Positions 26,191-39,571 of a stretch of 64,000 nt of DNA are shown here, piece by piece. The stretch covers positions 25,730,001 to 25,794,000 of the forward strand of contig OX597821.1 in assembly GCA_951406725.2 (NCBI GenBank), written 5' to 3'. A program made the position numbers and the translations under genes. A model generated the notes under the pieces. The model saw only the letters and a program-made list of their open reading frames with translations. It was not told the DNA's origin and searched no databases. Positions within the stretch are counted from its first letter, which is position 1, and every line of letters begins with the position of its first letter. Origin of the DNA: Octopus vulgaris. Its lineage: Eukaryota.

Positions 26191-26559
26191 TAGAAAAGTC
26201 ATTTATCACAATAAACTGCTTTCTATGTTAAAAGACATTGATTCCAGTGAAGAGTTCCTCATAGAAATTGCCAGAATAAATAAATTTTGTCTCCTCACCA
26301 AAAATTGTATTTATCTGTTTCAGAATTGAAATTTCTCAAAGCAAAGCAAAAGAAAAAAAATTATTTGAACAGCAATAAAAATATTTAGAAATATCATTTT
26401 GTAAATTGTTCATGCTTGAGTAGAGACTGATGTTATGATTTAGGATGGGGCTACAGAGAGGGCTGGATGTTGGGATTGGAAAGGAAGACAGTAACTTGTT
26501 CTGTAGAACTTTGGTATGTTTCATGTAGCAAACATCTCTTTTTCTATTTCAATTCCATT

Positions 26560-26651
26560 TTAATCATCACCATCATCATCATAATTGTTATCACGGTTTC
26601 TCGCGGAACCCCTTTCATCATCACAGTTGTCGTCATTATCATTGTCATCAT

Positions 26652-26683
<32 letters not shown>

Positions 26684-27135
26684 CCACCAGCCACACCAGC
26701 CCTACCTCCTCCTCCACCACCACCATTATTATTACCAATTGCAGCACCACCTTCACTACCTCCACCACCACCACCGTCACCACCACCAACACCACTACCA
26801 TCATCATCAGTAGCAACAGCAGCATTACCACCTCCACTGCAACCATCCTCTTCATCAGCATTATCATTGTTGTCATCACCATCTTCATCTCTACTATCAT
26901 CAACATTGTCTTTGTTATTGTCATCATGATCGTGATTTTTATTATTATTAATGGCATTATTGTTATCATCACCACCAGCATCAACATCATTGTCAACAAC
27001 TATCACCATCAGAATCATCATCATTATTATTACCTCCACTGCAGTTACCATCATCATCAACATCGTTAACATCATTATCAACACTGCAACAACCTTTACT
27101 AACACAACCTCCTCCACCACCATCACCACCACCTG
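26560..27135. repeat. (CAT/CAC)n low-complexity tract
   Basis: Direct inspection; source of the overlapping low-complexity ORFs. Confidence 0.9.
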
Positions 27136-27361
27136 TTTCTTTACTACCCACAAGGGGCTAAACTCAGAGAGGACAAAGAAGGACAGACAAACGGATTAAG
27201 TCGATTATATCGACCCCAGTGCATAACTGGTACTTATTTAATTGACCCCGAGAGGATGAAAGGCGAAGTCGACCTTGGCAGAATTTGAACTCAGAACGTA
27301 GCAGCAGCTGAAACACTGCTAAGCATTCCGGCTAGCATGCTAACGGTTCTGCCAGCTTGCC

Positions 27362-27365
<4 letters not shown>
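27136..27365 (-). mobile_element. SINE family A
   Basis: TTTCTTTACTACCCACAAGGGGCTAAAC...GCCAGCTTGCCACC. Confidence 0.85.
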
Positions 27366-27393
<28 letters not shown>

Positions 27394-28262
27394 TACCACT
27401 GCCACCACCACCACCAGAAAAACAATATGGGAGCTTCTATGTAATCACTAGGTTTGCTAGATATAGCAGCTGTAATCTTATAATCTCACTCAGATCATCC
27501 TACAATCTTAAATAATTGAAGGACATTGGATAATGCTTCCTTAGATACACTATGTCTGATATATAAAAAAAAAAAGACTATTTTTAGTCAGATTGTCTTT
27601 GATCGTTGTTCTGCTAAGGTTCACCCTTCTACCTTCAGTTGGGTTACTGAAACAGCCCATCATCATTGAAACCCTGTCAACAAGCAGAGCCAACATCAAG
27701 GCATTCTGCATTCAAGGCCAATCCTGCAATGTCACCTTTCCTCTCTTCTTTCTCCAGTTCTTCTTTTCTGCAACATCCTTCAACCATCACCCTCATTATA
27801 CTAGCTGGAAAATTATCTTCATCATTACTATTATCCTCATTGTTTATTATCTACTTTTCCATGCTTGCGTATGAGTCTGATGGAATTTGTCAAGGTGGAT
27901 TTTCTATGGTTAGGTGCTCGTCTGTTGCCAACCCTCACCTGTTTCCAAGTAAGGTAATATTTCCTATGACCAGACTTATTTTCATGGAAGATTAGAAACA
28001 GTGACATTTGTTTACAACCATCACATGAAGCCAAGGCAAGGAGACAGTAATACACATGCATGCATGTACGTGCGTACACATATATACATTTATTGGAGCC
28101 GCCTGAAATGGCCGTAATGCACTAATACTTTGACATCCTTGTTACCTATTTACTTTTTATTCACCTACCTTCGAGCTGTGCGGATAATACCAGACTGACT
28201 TGGTGCCTCAACTTAAGTACCTAATTCAACTGAATCTTAATTATTTCTTATATACATTCGCA

Positions 28263-28305
<43 letters not shown>

Positions 28306-28359
28306 GTATACTTACATATAAGAGACCAAAGTGTACGTTCATCACTGTATATATATATA

Positions 28360-28929
28360 AAAACATACAAAATGGGACAAGAACGCAAAACATCCAGATA
28401 GACGATACAAAGAAAATAAGGACGGGTCAATCAAAGTTTTCTTTCCTCAGTCAAGTTCCAGATTATTTTTGCAATTTCAGCTGGTTATCCTCGAGATTGC
28501 TCCAGTCTGGCCAGCCACAAGGAAAAGAGCATTAGATTCTTTGGAAGAAAGCAGCAAATGTATACAAAAACAAGGACGGTAAAAATACACAAATACAAAA
28601 TACAGGACATGACAACAGATGTCTTTCGACTAAGGACAAATTAAATTCTCTCTTCTCTCTCCACATGATCTGTGTTCAGCCAAGCCTGACCTTTCTTGGT
28701 TCGGCCGTTGTCCTACTCTTTACTCTTTTACTTGTTTCAGTCATTTGACTGCGACCATGCTGGAGCACCGCCTTTAGTCGAGCAAATCGACCCCAGAGCT
28801 TATTCTTTGTAAGCCCAGTACTTATTCTATCGGTCTCTTTTGCCGAACCGCTAAGTGACGGGGACGTAAACACACCAGCATCGGTTGTCAAGCAATGCTA
28901 GAGGGACAAACACAGACACACAAACATAT

Positions 28930-28962
<33 letters not shown>

Positions 28963-29557
28963 CATATATACGACAGGCTTCTTTCAGTTTCTATCTACCA
29001 AATCCACTCACAAGGCTTTGGTCGGCCCGGGGCTATAGCAGAAGACACTTGTCCAAGATGCCACGCAGTGGGACTGAACCCAGAATCATGTGGTTGGTTA
29101 GCAAGCTACTTACCACACAGCCACTCCTGCGCCATGCAACATATATTCTTCCCAGTGCCTGTGAAATCCTGTATCCCTGCCGTAAAGCTTTACTTCTATT
29201 TAACACATGCCAGCTTAATTTAATTGGTCCTTATTCAAAAGACACCTGTTGTTATGTCCTGTTTTTTGTATTTGTGTAACTTTCTCCATATTTTTCCGTC
29301 CTTGTTTTCATATACAGTCATTGCTTTCTTCCAAGGAATCTAATGCTCTTAGCTTAGTTTTTCCTTGGGGCTGGCCAGATTGGAGCAATCTCGAGTATAA
29401 CCAGCCAACATTGCAAAGATAATCTGGAACTCGACTGAGGAAAGAAAACTCCGAATGACCCACGCTTGTTTTCTTTGTATCGTCTGTCTGGATGTTTTGT
29501 TGTCCCTTTCTCGTATCACCTAACTATCTGGACGTTTTGCGTTCTTGTCCCATTTTG

Positions 29558-29565
<8 letters not shown>
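28360..29565. mobile_element. Inverted pair of ~280-330-bp Penelope-pLTR-like modules between (TA)n tracts, with a SINE in the spacer
   Basis: 28360-28640 (ACAAAATGGGACAAGAACGCAAAAC...GTCTTTCGA) is the reverse complement of 29235-29565; a third copy lies at about 50715-51020. Confidence 0.7.
28714..29132 (-). mobile_element. SINE family B, full length
   Basis: (TACTCTTT)n tail through CAGCCACTCCTGCGCC. Confidence 0.9.
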
Positions 29566-29625
<60 letters not shown>

Positions 29626-29672
29626 AACTTACTTGGAAGAGGATGTGTGGCATTCAGTCATATAATAATATA

Positions 29673-29719
<47 letters not shown>

Positions 29720-29725
<6 letters not shown>

Positions 29726-30328
29726 GGCACCTGTGTCGGTGGCACATAAAAACACCATCTGAAGACCCGGCAAGACTAGTCAGGCCATAACCCGTGGCCC
29801 CTACCTGGGACGTAGTCAGTCCACCTGTGCATACCTTCCTTCTTGTGACACTTGTGAAGACCTGTTGAGGCAAGTGAAAATCAAATCAAATCAAAACAAA
29901 TCAAAATAGATGAACATCAATGGAATTTGTATCTTTGTGGTACCAGTGCCGGTGGCACACAAGAAAATCATCCGAACGTGGCCGTAGCCAGTACCGCATA
30001 GACTGGTCTCCGTGCTTTGGGGACGTAACAAACACCATCCGATCGTGGCCGTCCGCCAGCCTCATCTGGCACCTGTGTCGGTGGCACATAAAAACACCAT
30101 CCGAGCGTGGCCATTCGCCAGCCTCGTCTGGCACCTGTGCCGGTGGCACATAAAATCACCCACTACACTCTCGGAGTGGTTGGCGTTAGGAAGGGCATCC
30201 AGCTGTAGAAACACTGCCAGATCTGACTGGCCTGGTGCAGCCTTCGGGCTCCCCAGACCCCAGTTGAACCGTCCAACCCATGCTAGCATGGAAAACGGAC
30301 GCTAAATGATGATGATGATGATGATGAT
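29720..30328 (+). mobile_element. RTE-type 3' region with internal ~62-bp tandem units (family D long form)
   Basis: Repeated GGCACCTGTG(T/C)CGGTGGCACATAAAA.CACCATCCGA.CGTGGCC units ending in GGAAAACGGACGCTAAAT(GAT)n. Confidence 0.7.
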
Positions 30329-30358
30329 ATACATACATATCTGTACATACTTTCATCT

Positions 30359-30395
<37 letters not shown>

Positions 30396-30563
30396 TGTGT
30401 GGGCACAGGACATCATGAAACATGTACATCATAAAAATACAAAGTACAAGTACACGGAGTATGAGCTATTTTTTCAAATAATGAAAGACACAAATGGAAA
30501 ACAAGACAAACAACATTTATGCTTATATATATATTATTATATATTATGCTTATATATATATTA

Positions 30564-30632
<69 letters not shown>

Positions 30633-30651
30633 ATAATAATGATAATAATAT

Positions 30652-30828
30652 TAGGGAGTAAATTCAAACTTACAGGGAAAAATTAGATTTAGGATTAAAT
30701 CAAATTTCACAGTATAAATATAAATTAAATTAGAGATAAAACCACTATTATGCAAATATATTTTGGTTTATGTTTTTCACTGTTTGATTTGCATAATAGT
30801 GGTTTTATCTCTAATTTAATTTATATAT
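30652..30828. mobile_element. Short hairpin cassette in a (TA)n tract
   Basis: 38-bp perfect inverted repeat ATAAATTAAATTAGAGATAAAACCACTATTATGCAAAT; its left part recurs inverted at about 34510-34585. Confidence 0.65.
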
Positions 30829-31867
30829 ATATATAATGGACTTCTTTCATTTTCTGTCTGTCAAATCCATGCACAAGGATTTGGCTGATCCAGATCTATA
30901 GGAGAAGACATTTACTCATGGTGCCTACTTTGGTAGAACCTGAAACCATGTGGTTGAGAAGCAAATTTCTTACCATACAGCCACACCTGTGCTTTGAAAA
31001 GTTGATTAACTCATGGAAAAGAAATCAAGTTTTACAGTCATGTGTATCACTAAGTAAATCTGTTGCTGGGAAAAATTTGATATATTTCATGTCAAATCGC
31101 ACAACAGGTCATAACATCATACTAGCCTCTCCCCACTCATGTCTGCCACCCTCATCATCATCGTCATCATCATTTAATGTCCGTTATCTATTCTGGCATG
31201 AGTTGTTCCAAAAGCATTCTTATCTGCTCTCTAAGTTTTCATGTTTTTAATTAGATTAAGAAAATTTGTGCAAGTTATTTGATCCCCTGACTAGTTTTTG
31301 CATCCCAGGTAATCACCTAGTTTTTTTTTTTTGTGCATAGTGCCAATCTTACCCCCAGGAACTCTTAAACACAGAATTGTGGAGCATTAGAACACTTATC
31401 AATTATCAAGTTCTGCCACTGTTTATTGGAGTAAGTTGTTGCTTAGCCTCCGGTTAGATCGGATTAATCAGATCTGTTTATGAGCAGAAAGAGTCAGGTT
31501 ATAACACAACCTTCAGTTTAATTTGTTAAGAAGAACACTGATATCTGTTTGAGATTTTTGATAAACAAAATATTTATTCTTTTTGTAAACAAATAAAAAA
31601 AAAGAAGGTTGTTATTATGAATGACAAAGAGAGTTTGAAGATTATTGTTCCTGGAGTGGCGTGATTGGAGCAGCAGTCAAAATGTTAGCTGGGTTTGTGT
31701 TGCTGTTGCTGTTTGTCCATTGTGGTTAGCTACTGATGGTGCTACTGTCTTCTGGTGTCTCTGTTTTGGCATTTGCAGTCAATTCATTGTGTTTATGTTC
31801 TTCTAGCACTTGGGTCAGCCGCTGTCTGTTGTTTGTTATCAGAGAGGTTAGCTGCGCTGAATATATA

Positions 31868-32095
31868 GCTATTTCTTTACTACCCACAAGGGGTTAAACA
31901 CAGAAGAGACAAACAAGGACAGACAAATGGATTAAATTGATTATATCGATCCCAGTGCGTAACTGGTACTTATTTAATTGACCCCAAAAGGATGAAAGGT
32001 AAAGTCGGCGGAATTTGAACTCAGAACGTAACGGCAGACGAAATACGGCTATGCATTTCGCCTGGCGTGCTAACGTTTCTGCCAGCTAACCGCCT
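31868..32095 (-). mobile_element. SINE family A with TSD
   Basis: Direct repeat CGCTGAATATAT at 31856-31867 and about 32096-32107. Confidence 0.9.
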
Positions 32096-32489
32096 CGCTG
32101 AATATATGGCGGTGATCTGGCTCAGATAGAAGTGCACCAAAGATGAAATTGTTGTTGGAGCTGATTCCATGCAAAGTCTTTATTAGTCAGGCTTTTTTTT
32201 ATGACACAGGTAATATTGTAGCGCATTGCAACATCTGTTTGATAAAAATTCCACCTACTTATTTCCAGCTATAATATATTATAGACTGTTGAGGCATGAG
32301 TCTATTACCCTAACCACTAAGCCATGGGCTTAGTGTTTAGGGTATTGAGCTCATGGTCATAAGATTGTGGTTTCGATTCCTGGACTGGATGATGCATTGT
32401 GTTCTTGAGCAAAACACTTCATTTCATTTTGCTCCAGTCCACTCAGCTGGCAAAAATGAGTAACCCTGCAATGGATCAGTGTCCTACTC

Positions 32490-32740
32490 TGAAAAGCTCT
32501 ATCTGCGATGATTTCATCTCAATCGAAAGAGAGGGGCTTTCTCCATCCGGGTTGCGGATCCGTGGAATAAGCTACCGGATGAGATAGTGAAGATGCTGAC
32601 AACCACTCAGTTCAAAGTCTCCCTTGACCACAAATGGCCTGAACTCTTTGCATGAACACCACCCTATACATAACTCCATGTCCCCCTACATGGCCTTGCT
32701 TTTTGCTTTTTGAGCCAAAAAATTAACTTAACTTAACTTA
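32490..32740 (+). mobile_element. CR1-type LINE 3' end
   Basis: Same sequence as 19818-20050, with (TAACT)n tail. Confidence 0.8.
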
Positions 32741-33421
32741 GATACACCACTGAAACCGGGAAACCAACCCTTATAGCTCAAGAAGGAAACATTTTTTTTT
32801 TAATATTACAGACTACATTATCTAATGTGTCCTATTTTTTCTCCATTTTTTTTTAAAGATGGTAATGTGTGATTTTAGAGAGAGTTAACTCTTATTTCTT
32901 GCTGGTAGAGCAATCACATAGATGCTCCTTTATTGGTCCATGTAACGTGTTGTACTCCTGCATGGTTCCTAGTTATATCTAACTGTATATCCTGTGTTAA
33001 ATATCTTTGACAATGATACAATCATGTTCCTGGCAGAATATAAACCTCTGACTCATTCAATGTTTATCTAGCATCCAGTTAGCTCAGCTGTATCTCATTA
33101 CATGTGATATAATATTGCAGCTTATATTATTGTGCAGTATCAAATGTATGCAATATAATATCATAGCTATATTACTGTGCAATGCCACCTGTATGTAATA
33201 AAATACCAAAAGCTATATTATTGTGCAATATCACATGTATGTGATGTAATGCTACAGTTGCATGGCTGTGTGGTTAAGAAGCTTGTTTCCCAACTGTTGT
33301 AGCTTGGGTTCAGTCCCACTATACAGTACCTCTTGGACAAGTGTCTTTTACTGTAGCTCCAAACTGACTAAAACCTTATGAGTGGATGTGGATAAGCCTG
33401 TAGTATACATACATACATACA

Positions 33422-33540
<119 letters not shown>

Positions 33541-33738
33541 CCTCGTGAGTACTGCTGGCAATTTTTTTCCTCTGTCTTCCCTTCTCGGGATCTTTCCTTC
33601 TCCTATGTTTCCAACGAAGAGCTCCACTCGAAACGTTAAACCCTCCTTCTTACCTTCTTTCCTGAGCATCCAATAATACTTTATTTGTTCCACGTCTTCG
33701 CGTTGTTGTGTTTTTTTTGTGTTTTCTTGTTTGGATTA

Positions 33739-33770
<32 letters not shown>

Positions 33771-33773
<3 letters not shown>

Positions 33774-34005
33774 GGTTGGTCAAAAGTCACATGACAGTAA
33801 ATCAAAACCAATTAATTCCAAGATTAAGACAAAAAATTATTTTATATGAGACTTCACTAATAAATAGACAAATGTTGAAAAAATGGTGATTTTAACTCAT
33901 AGCATTCAATTATTAAACATTCATAATTGGAATGAATAAATAAAATTAAATATTTAGTATTTATGGAATTTTGATTTACAGTCGGGTGACTTTTGGCCAA
34001 CCGTG
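33771..34005. mobile_element. Tc1/mariner-type MITE
   Basis: ~37-bp TIRs CAGGGTTGGTCAAAAGTCACATGACAGTAAATCAAAA / TTTTGATTTACAGTCGGGTGACTTTTGGCCAACCGTG with TA flanks. Confidence 0.85.
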
Positions 34006-34596
34006 TATATAAATTTCATTTGGATATTAGCCCTCTTTTAAGCTCATCAATGGATACCAGCTATAAAATATGACTATAAATTGAATATTGGTTTTTTTAC
34101 AGATCATATTTTTAAAATTCATGATAACCATAGAATTAATATAATTATTAACAAGGAAAGTGGAGTGAGCAAATTGTTTTTTTACACAAATTTACAATTA
34201 TTCGTATGAAAACACCTATTGGCTATAGGTATAAATTTGTGATAAAGCTACCTGTATGTAATATGATACGAAGGCTATATTATTGTGCAATATCACCTGT
34301 ATGTGATGTAATACTACTGTTGCATGGCTGTGTTGTAAGAAGTTTTTTTCCCAACTACGTGACCTTGGGTACAGCCCCATTATACTATACCTTGGGCAAG
34401 TGTCTTCTACTATAGACCCAGACTGACAAAAACCTTATGAGTGGATTTGGTAGAAACTGAAAGAAGCCTGTAGCATATATATATATATAATTTTTTATAT
34501 ATATATTATATTGCGTGAAATTTGATTTAGTATTTCTAAATTGTATTTTTTTCCTTGTAAGTTTGGATTTTATTCCCTCAAATAATAATTATATAT

Positions 34597-34902
34597 GCTG
34601 GTGGCACGTAAAAAGCACCCACTACACTCACAGAGTGGTTGGCGTTAGGAAGGGCATCCAGCTGTAGAAACATTGCCAGATCAGACTGGGCCTGGTGTAG
34701 CCTTCTGGCTTCCCAGACCCCGGTCGAACCATCCAACTCGTGCAAGCACGGAAAACGGACGTTAAACGATGATGATGATGATGATTGCCAGATTTGACTG
34801 GGCCTGATGAAACCTTCTGGCTTCACAGACCCCAGTAGAACCGTCCAACCCATGCTAGCATGGAAAACGGACGCTAAACGATGATGATGATGATGATGAT
34901 GA

Positions 34903-34905
<3 letters not shown>
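34597..34905 (+). mobile_element. Two tandem RTE-tail (family D) 3' ends
   Basis: TTGCCAGAT...GGAAAACGGACG(T/C)TAAACGAT(GAT)n occurs twice. Confidence 0.8.
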
Positions 34906-34965
<60 letters not shown>

Positions 34966-35779
34966 AAAAAGGTGTATGGCTCAGTGGTTAGAGCATCAGG
35001 CTCACAATCATGAGGTAGTGAGTTCGATTCCTGGGCAGGGGTGTGTGTTGTGTTTTTGAGCAAGACATAAAGATATTTAACAGGATATTCAGCTAAATGT
35101 AACTAGGTACCATATGGGGGACAACTTCCTACATGAACCAATAAGGGGGCATCAATGTGATTGCCCTACAAGTTTTCTGTAGCAAATGTATTATATACAG
35201 GATTCTGATGAACTGACATCAGTATAACAATTTACTTTGTCTCTATTGTTGCATGTACTTTTTATGCCATGCTACAGAACTAGCCCAGGAACTTTTTGAT
35301 ACCACCTCATAACAACATTGGGTATTGGTACTTTAGAAATATCTTCAGTTAAGAGCTCCACATCCATAATTTCAGTGCAGCTCTGTTCATTTCAAAGTTA
35401 TCAGAAAAATGATCCAGTCTTTATAGAGGAACACACGCATGCACGTATGGCAGGTTTCTTTTCAGTTTCTGTCTACCACATCCATTCACAAAGCTTTGTT
35501 ACTGTCTACCAAATACACTCACAAGCCTTTGGTTGGCCTATAGCTACCTTGGAAAACAGTAGCCAAATGTACCCTAGTAGGACTGAACCTGAAACCATGC
35601 AATTGAGAAGCAAACTTCTCATCCACATGGCCAGATATATAAAATAAATACATGAATGTGTGTGTATATGGGCATGCATGTGTATGTGTGCACGGACATG
35701 CATGTCTGTGTGTTTTTACACTAGTTTAAAGACTATTTCTTATGCTATGTGCCTTTGTGTCCTGCAACTTAAAAAAAGA

Positions 35780-36062
35780 TCCCTTTGGTCATGAATGACC
35801 ATGGAATTGCACCTAGAAAGTTCCTCTCCTAGGCACAAGTCCAGGCAAGGTTGTCTATGGAAGACCAGAAGTTGCCCATGCATACCAGCCTCCCCTCTCC
35901 ATGCCACTGATGTTATCCAAGGGAAAGCAAAGACTGATACAGCTTGGCACCAGTGAAATAAAGTGTCTTGCTCAAGAGCACAATACACAGCCTAGTCCAG
36001 CAATTAAACTCATCTTATGATTGTGAGTCCAACACTCTAAACACTGAGCAATGTTCTTTCAC
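35780..36062 (-). mobile_element. SINE family C
   Basis: Reverse-complement homology to the 18319 copy. Confidence 0.75.
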
Positions 36063-36716
36063 ACTCTGCAACTTAGCAGTATAACAAATAGTGATTGATA
36101 AAAAGAATACCAGAGAGAAATATGTGCTAGATTTTACATCACTGACCAAACTTTAAATGTGGCTCCCTGCCATGGAAGCAATTGAATGACTGTAACTAGT
36201 ATGAGAGTAAACATATACAACTTGAATATATACTAAACACATTTGATAAATAGCTATTCTGTAATTCATATTCTGATATTGCTTCTCCTTTATAATTATA
36301 TGCATCCTTTCTCTGTCTTTATCTCACTCTCTCTTTGTGGATGTGTGTGTATAAATAATATATTAAGATCCAGGTGGATAAGGCACTTAAATGGTCAAGC
36401 ACCAGGTTGGGTCAGAATTAAAATGCATACACAGCAATTATAGACAAATACCAACATTGGTACAGAAGTGCTGGCAAAAAGATATTTTCCGGGCCCAGCG
36501 TCCATCATGGAATCCCTAAATATGAACATGCCAAGGATTAAAAATTTTTTTTAAATATCCTTAATTGTATAATTCGTATATTCATCTGAAGAAAACGGTT
36601 TTTATAATGATATAATTTACTCATTAGTCAATTAAGAAATTTGTTGCAACAGCTGCAATAAATTGACACCTATCCATCATTTGTTATTTATTTCTTTGTG
36701 TGTGTGTGTGTGTGTG

Positions 36717-37105
36717 AGTGGCTGTGTGGTAAGTAGCTTGCTAACCAACCACATGGTTCCGGGTTCAGTCCCACTGTATGGCATCTTGGGCAAGTGTCTT
36801 CTGCTATAGCCCCGGGCCGACCAATGCCTTGTGAGTGGATTTGGTAGACAGAAACTGAAAGAAGCCTGTCGTATATATGTATATATATATATGTATGTGT
36901 GTTTGTGTGTCTGTGTTTGTCCCCCAAGCATTGCTTGACAACCGATGCTGGTGTGTTTACGTCCCCGTTAACTTAGCGGTTCGGCAAAAAGAGACCGATA
37001 GAATAAGTACTGGGCTTACAAAGAATAAGTCCCGGGGTCGAGTTGCTCGACTAAAGACGGTGCTCCAGCATGGCCGCAGTCAAATGACTGAAACACGTAA
37101 AAAAA
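36717..37105 (+). mobile_element. SINE family B, young copy
   Basis: GAGTGGCTGTGTGGTAAGTAGC...TGACTGAAAC; CpGs retained. Confidence 0.9.
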
Positions 37106-37149
37106 AAAAAATACACACACACACACATATAAATATATATATATATAAA

Positions 37150-37712
37150 TAATAATAATAATATTTTATAAGCTTAAATCTTGGAAGCAATCACCATGCA
37201 TTGACTAAGGTAATTAGCCTAATATTAGGGCATATAAGCCCTCCATACAGCAAACCCTACTTTTTCTGTCGAGGGCTTATATGCCCCAATATTAGACTAT
37301 TTACCTTAATCAATGTATGGTGTTGCTTATAAGCTCTAAGCTTATAAAATATTATTATTATTATTTACAGATTATAAAATTCGGCATCACTTATCAAATA
37401 ATCACTGAAAATGCACATGGAGAGTTTGTTCACAAAATAACTACACTATGAAATTACATACGGAAAGCAGTCAGGTGTACGTTAATGTAATGGTAGCACA
37501 CGTGTTGTGAATACAGAAAGGTGTAGGTTCATGTCCCATGCGTACAGCAGACTCTACTTTTTTCTATCAAGGGCTTATATGCCCCAGTATTAAACTATTT
37601 ACCTTAGACAATGCACGGTGATCACATAAGCTTTAAGTTTATAAAATATTATTATTATTATTATTCTTTACAGATTGTAAAATTCAGTAATGCTTACCAA
37701 ATAATCACTGAA
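37150..37712. mobile_element. Hairpin element with one inverted and one direct repeat of a ~100-165-bp module
   Basis: 37150-37243 is inverted relative to 37271-37365, and 37257-37410 is directly repeated at 37554-37712. Confidence 0.7.
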
Positions 37713-37950
37713 TATATATATATATATATCATCATCCCATGTTCACATGTGCGAAACAGAACCTGTTGAGGGGTATTTTCTAAAGCCAGATGCCTTTCCT
37801 GTCACCAACTGTCACCTGTTTCCAAGTAAAGTTATATTTCCCCCATGGCCAGACATGTTTTCGCGGAAGACTGGAAACAGAGGACACCACTTGCATGATG
37901 GTGATACTTGCTTACAACTATCACATGATGTCAAGGCAAGATAATACTTG

Positions 37951-38003
<53 letters not shown>

Positions 38004-39093
38004 CAGGCTTCTTTTAAATTTCTGTCTACCAAATTCATTCACAAGACTATAGTAGAATCTTCTACTCAAGGTGCCATGCTGTGGGACTGAACCTGAAACC
38101 ATGTGGTTGGGAAACCTCTTCCCCATCCTATATAGACTACATCAATTGGACTGTAAAACCTACAAGTTTTTTTGTTTTAAGTTCATTATGCATGCTGTAG
38201 TTTATGGATGTGTGACAACAGAAATTGTGATATCACCTACAGAATTATATCAACATATATATCGATTACTCATCATCATTTAATGAACATTAAATGATGA
38301 TGATGATATCTAGATATTTAATAAATATCTACAGATGTATGACAATAACTTTGGTATCATAAATATGATATCATCTACTGATGAGTGGTAACAGGTTTGA
38401 TATCCCCTACAAATATATGGTGACAGGAATGATATGTATATGTGTGTGACACCAAACATCACTAACAAATGTGTGACCACTGATGAAATATCCTTGACAG
38501 ATATGTAGCAATATGGAGGAGGATATCTTTACATGTGTCAACAGATGTAATATCACAGAAATAATAGACTCCCTAATATTCTATCTTGCAATATGGGGCT
38601 GTGTAAAAGTTCCCATTGTTATTCGATTTTGCTTTCTTATGAAGACAACAGATTGGGGAGCTGCCCTCCCCTTCTTTAGGACGATCAACCAGTTGTAAGA
38701 TGCTAATGTCATATGGATCAAACATATTCTTACAATATTGATTATCTACATTTTCCCAATAAAACTCACATATATTCTCTCATTATTGATTTTACATGTG
38801 TTCTTAATAGACTGTTTCACCCACCCCTGCACCCTGCCTCTGTTGTTGTCAATTACTTATACTTCCTTAATATTGATACCATAAACTTGTAACCCAGCTT
38901 TTAGCCGTTCTTCTCCTCTTATGGTTCCTTCCTCAAAATAAATCAATATTCCTTCAACCCAACACAGATCATTACTCAAAATCTAATCCATTTGAACTCA
39001 CCATTTTCTGCACTTTGTCTTTATATGTTTCCAATATTTTATGTTGTTCCTCCTACAGCTCTCCATATCTCCCCCTCTCTCTCTCTCCCTCTC

Positions 39094-39141
<48 letters not shown>

Positions 39142-39571
39142 CTATTCATTCCGACAATTAGAAAACTAGTGAGATTTACTTGTATAGTTATCTGACCTTT
39201 TGCTTCTCTTTCTAATGACTTTGGATTCTCTTCTCTTTCAAACCAACAGACATTTATTTCAGAGTTTCTCATTTTCATTAAATCTTACTTTCTTAGAGTG
39301 GAAAATATATATATATAAATAAAATTTTGAAGTATTATTCTTACAATGTACTTTCCCTTAACAATCACTTTTGATCTGTTAATATATTGTAGCTTACCTT
39401 CTCTTTTATTAGCAATTAAATATCATTTCTAAGCAGACAGTTTCTAAGACAAACTACGACCCATATTCTCACCCAACTCCACAATATTTACTCTAGTGTC
39501 ACACAAGTGTCACTCATCCTGGCTACCATTAGCTGCTATTCAATATTTTGATGATCTTCTTTTCTTAAATA

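Noticed and set aside
26467-27199. Gly/Asp-rich or Pro/Ser-rich proteins
   Set aside because: (CAT/CAC)n low-complexity tract; the overlapping ORFs are artefacts
31620-32270. Host coding exon in a comparatively GC-rich unique-looking stretch
   Set aside because: Stops are present and a SINE with TSD interrupts it; possibly a decayed retroelement 5' region but not assignable
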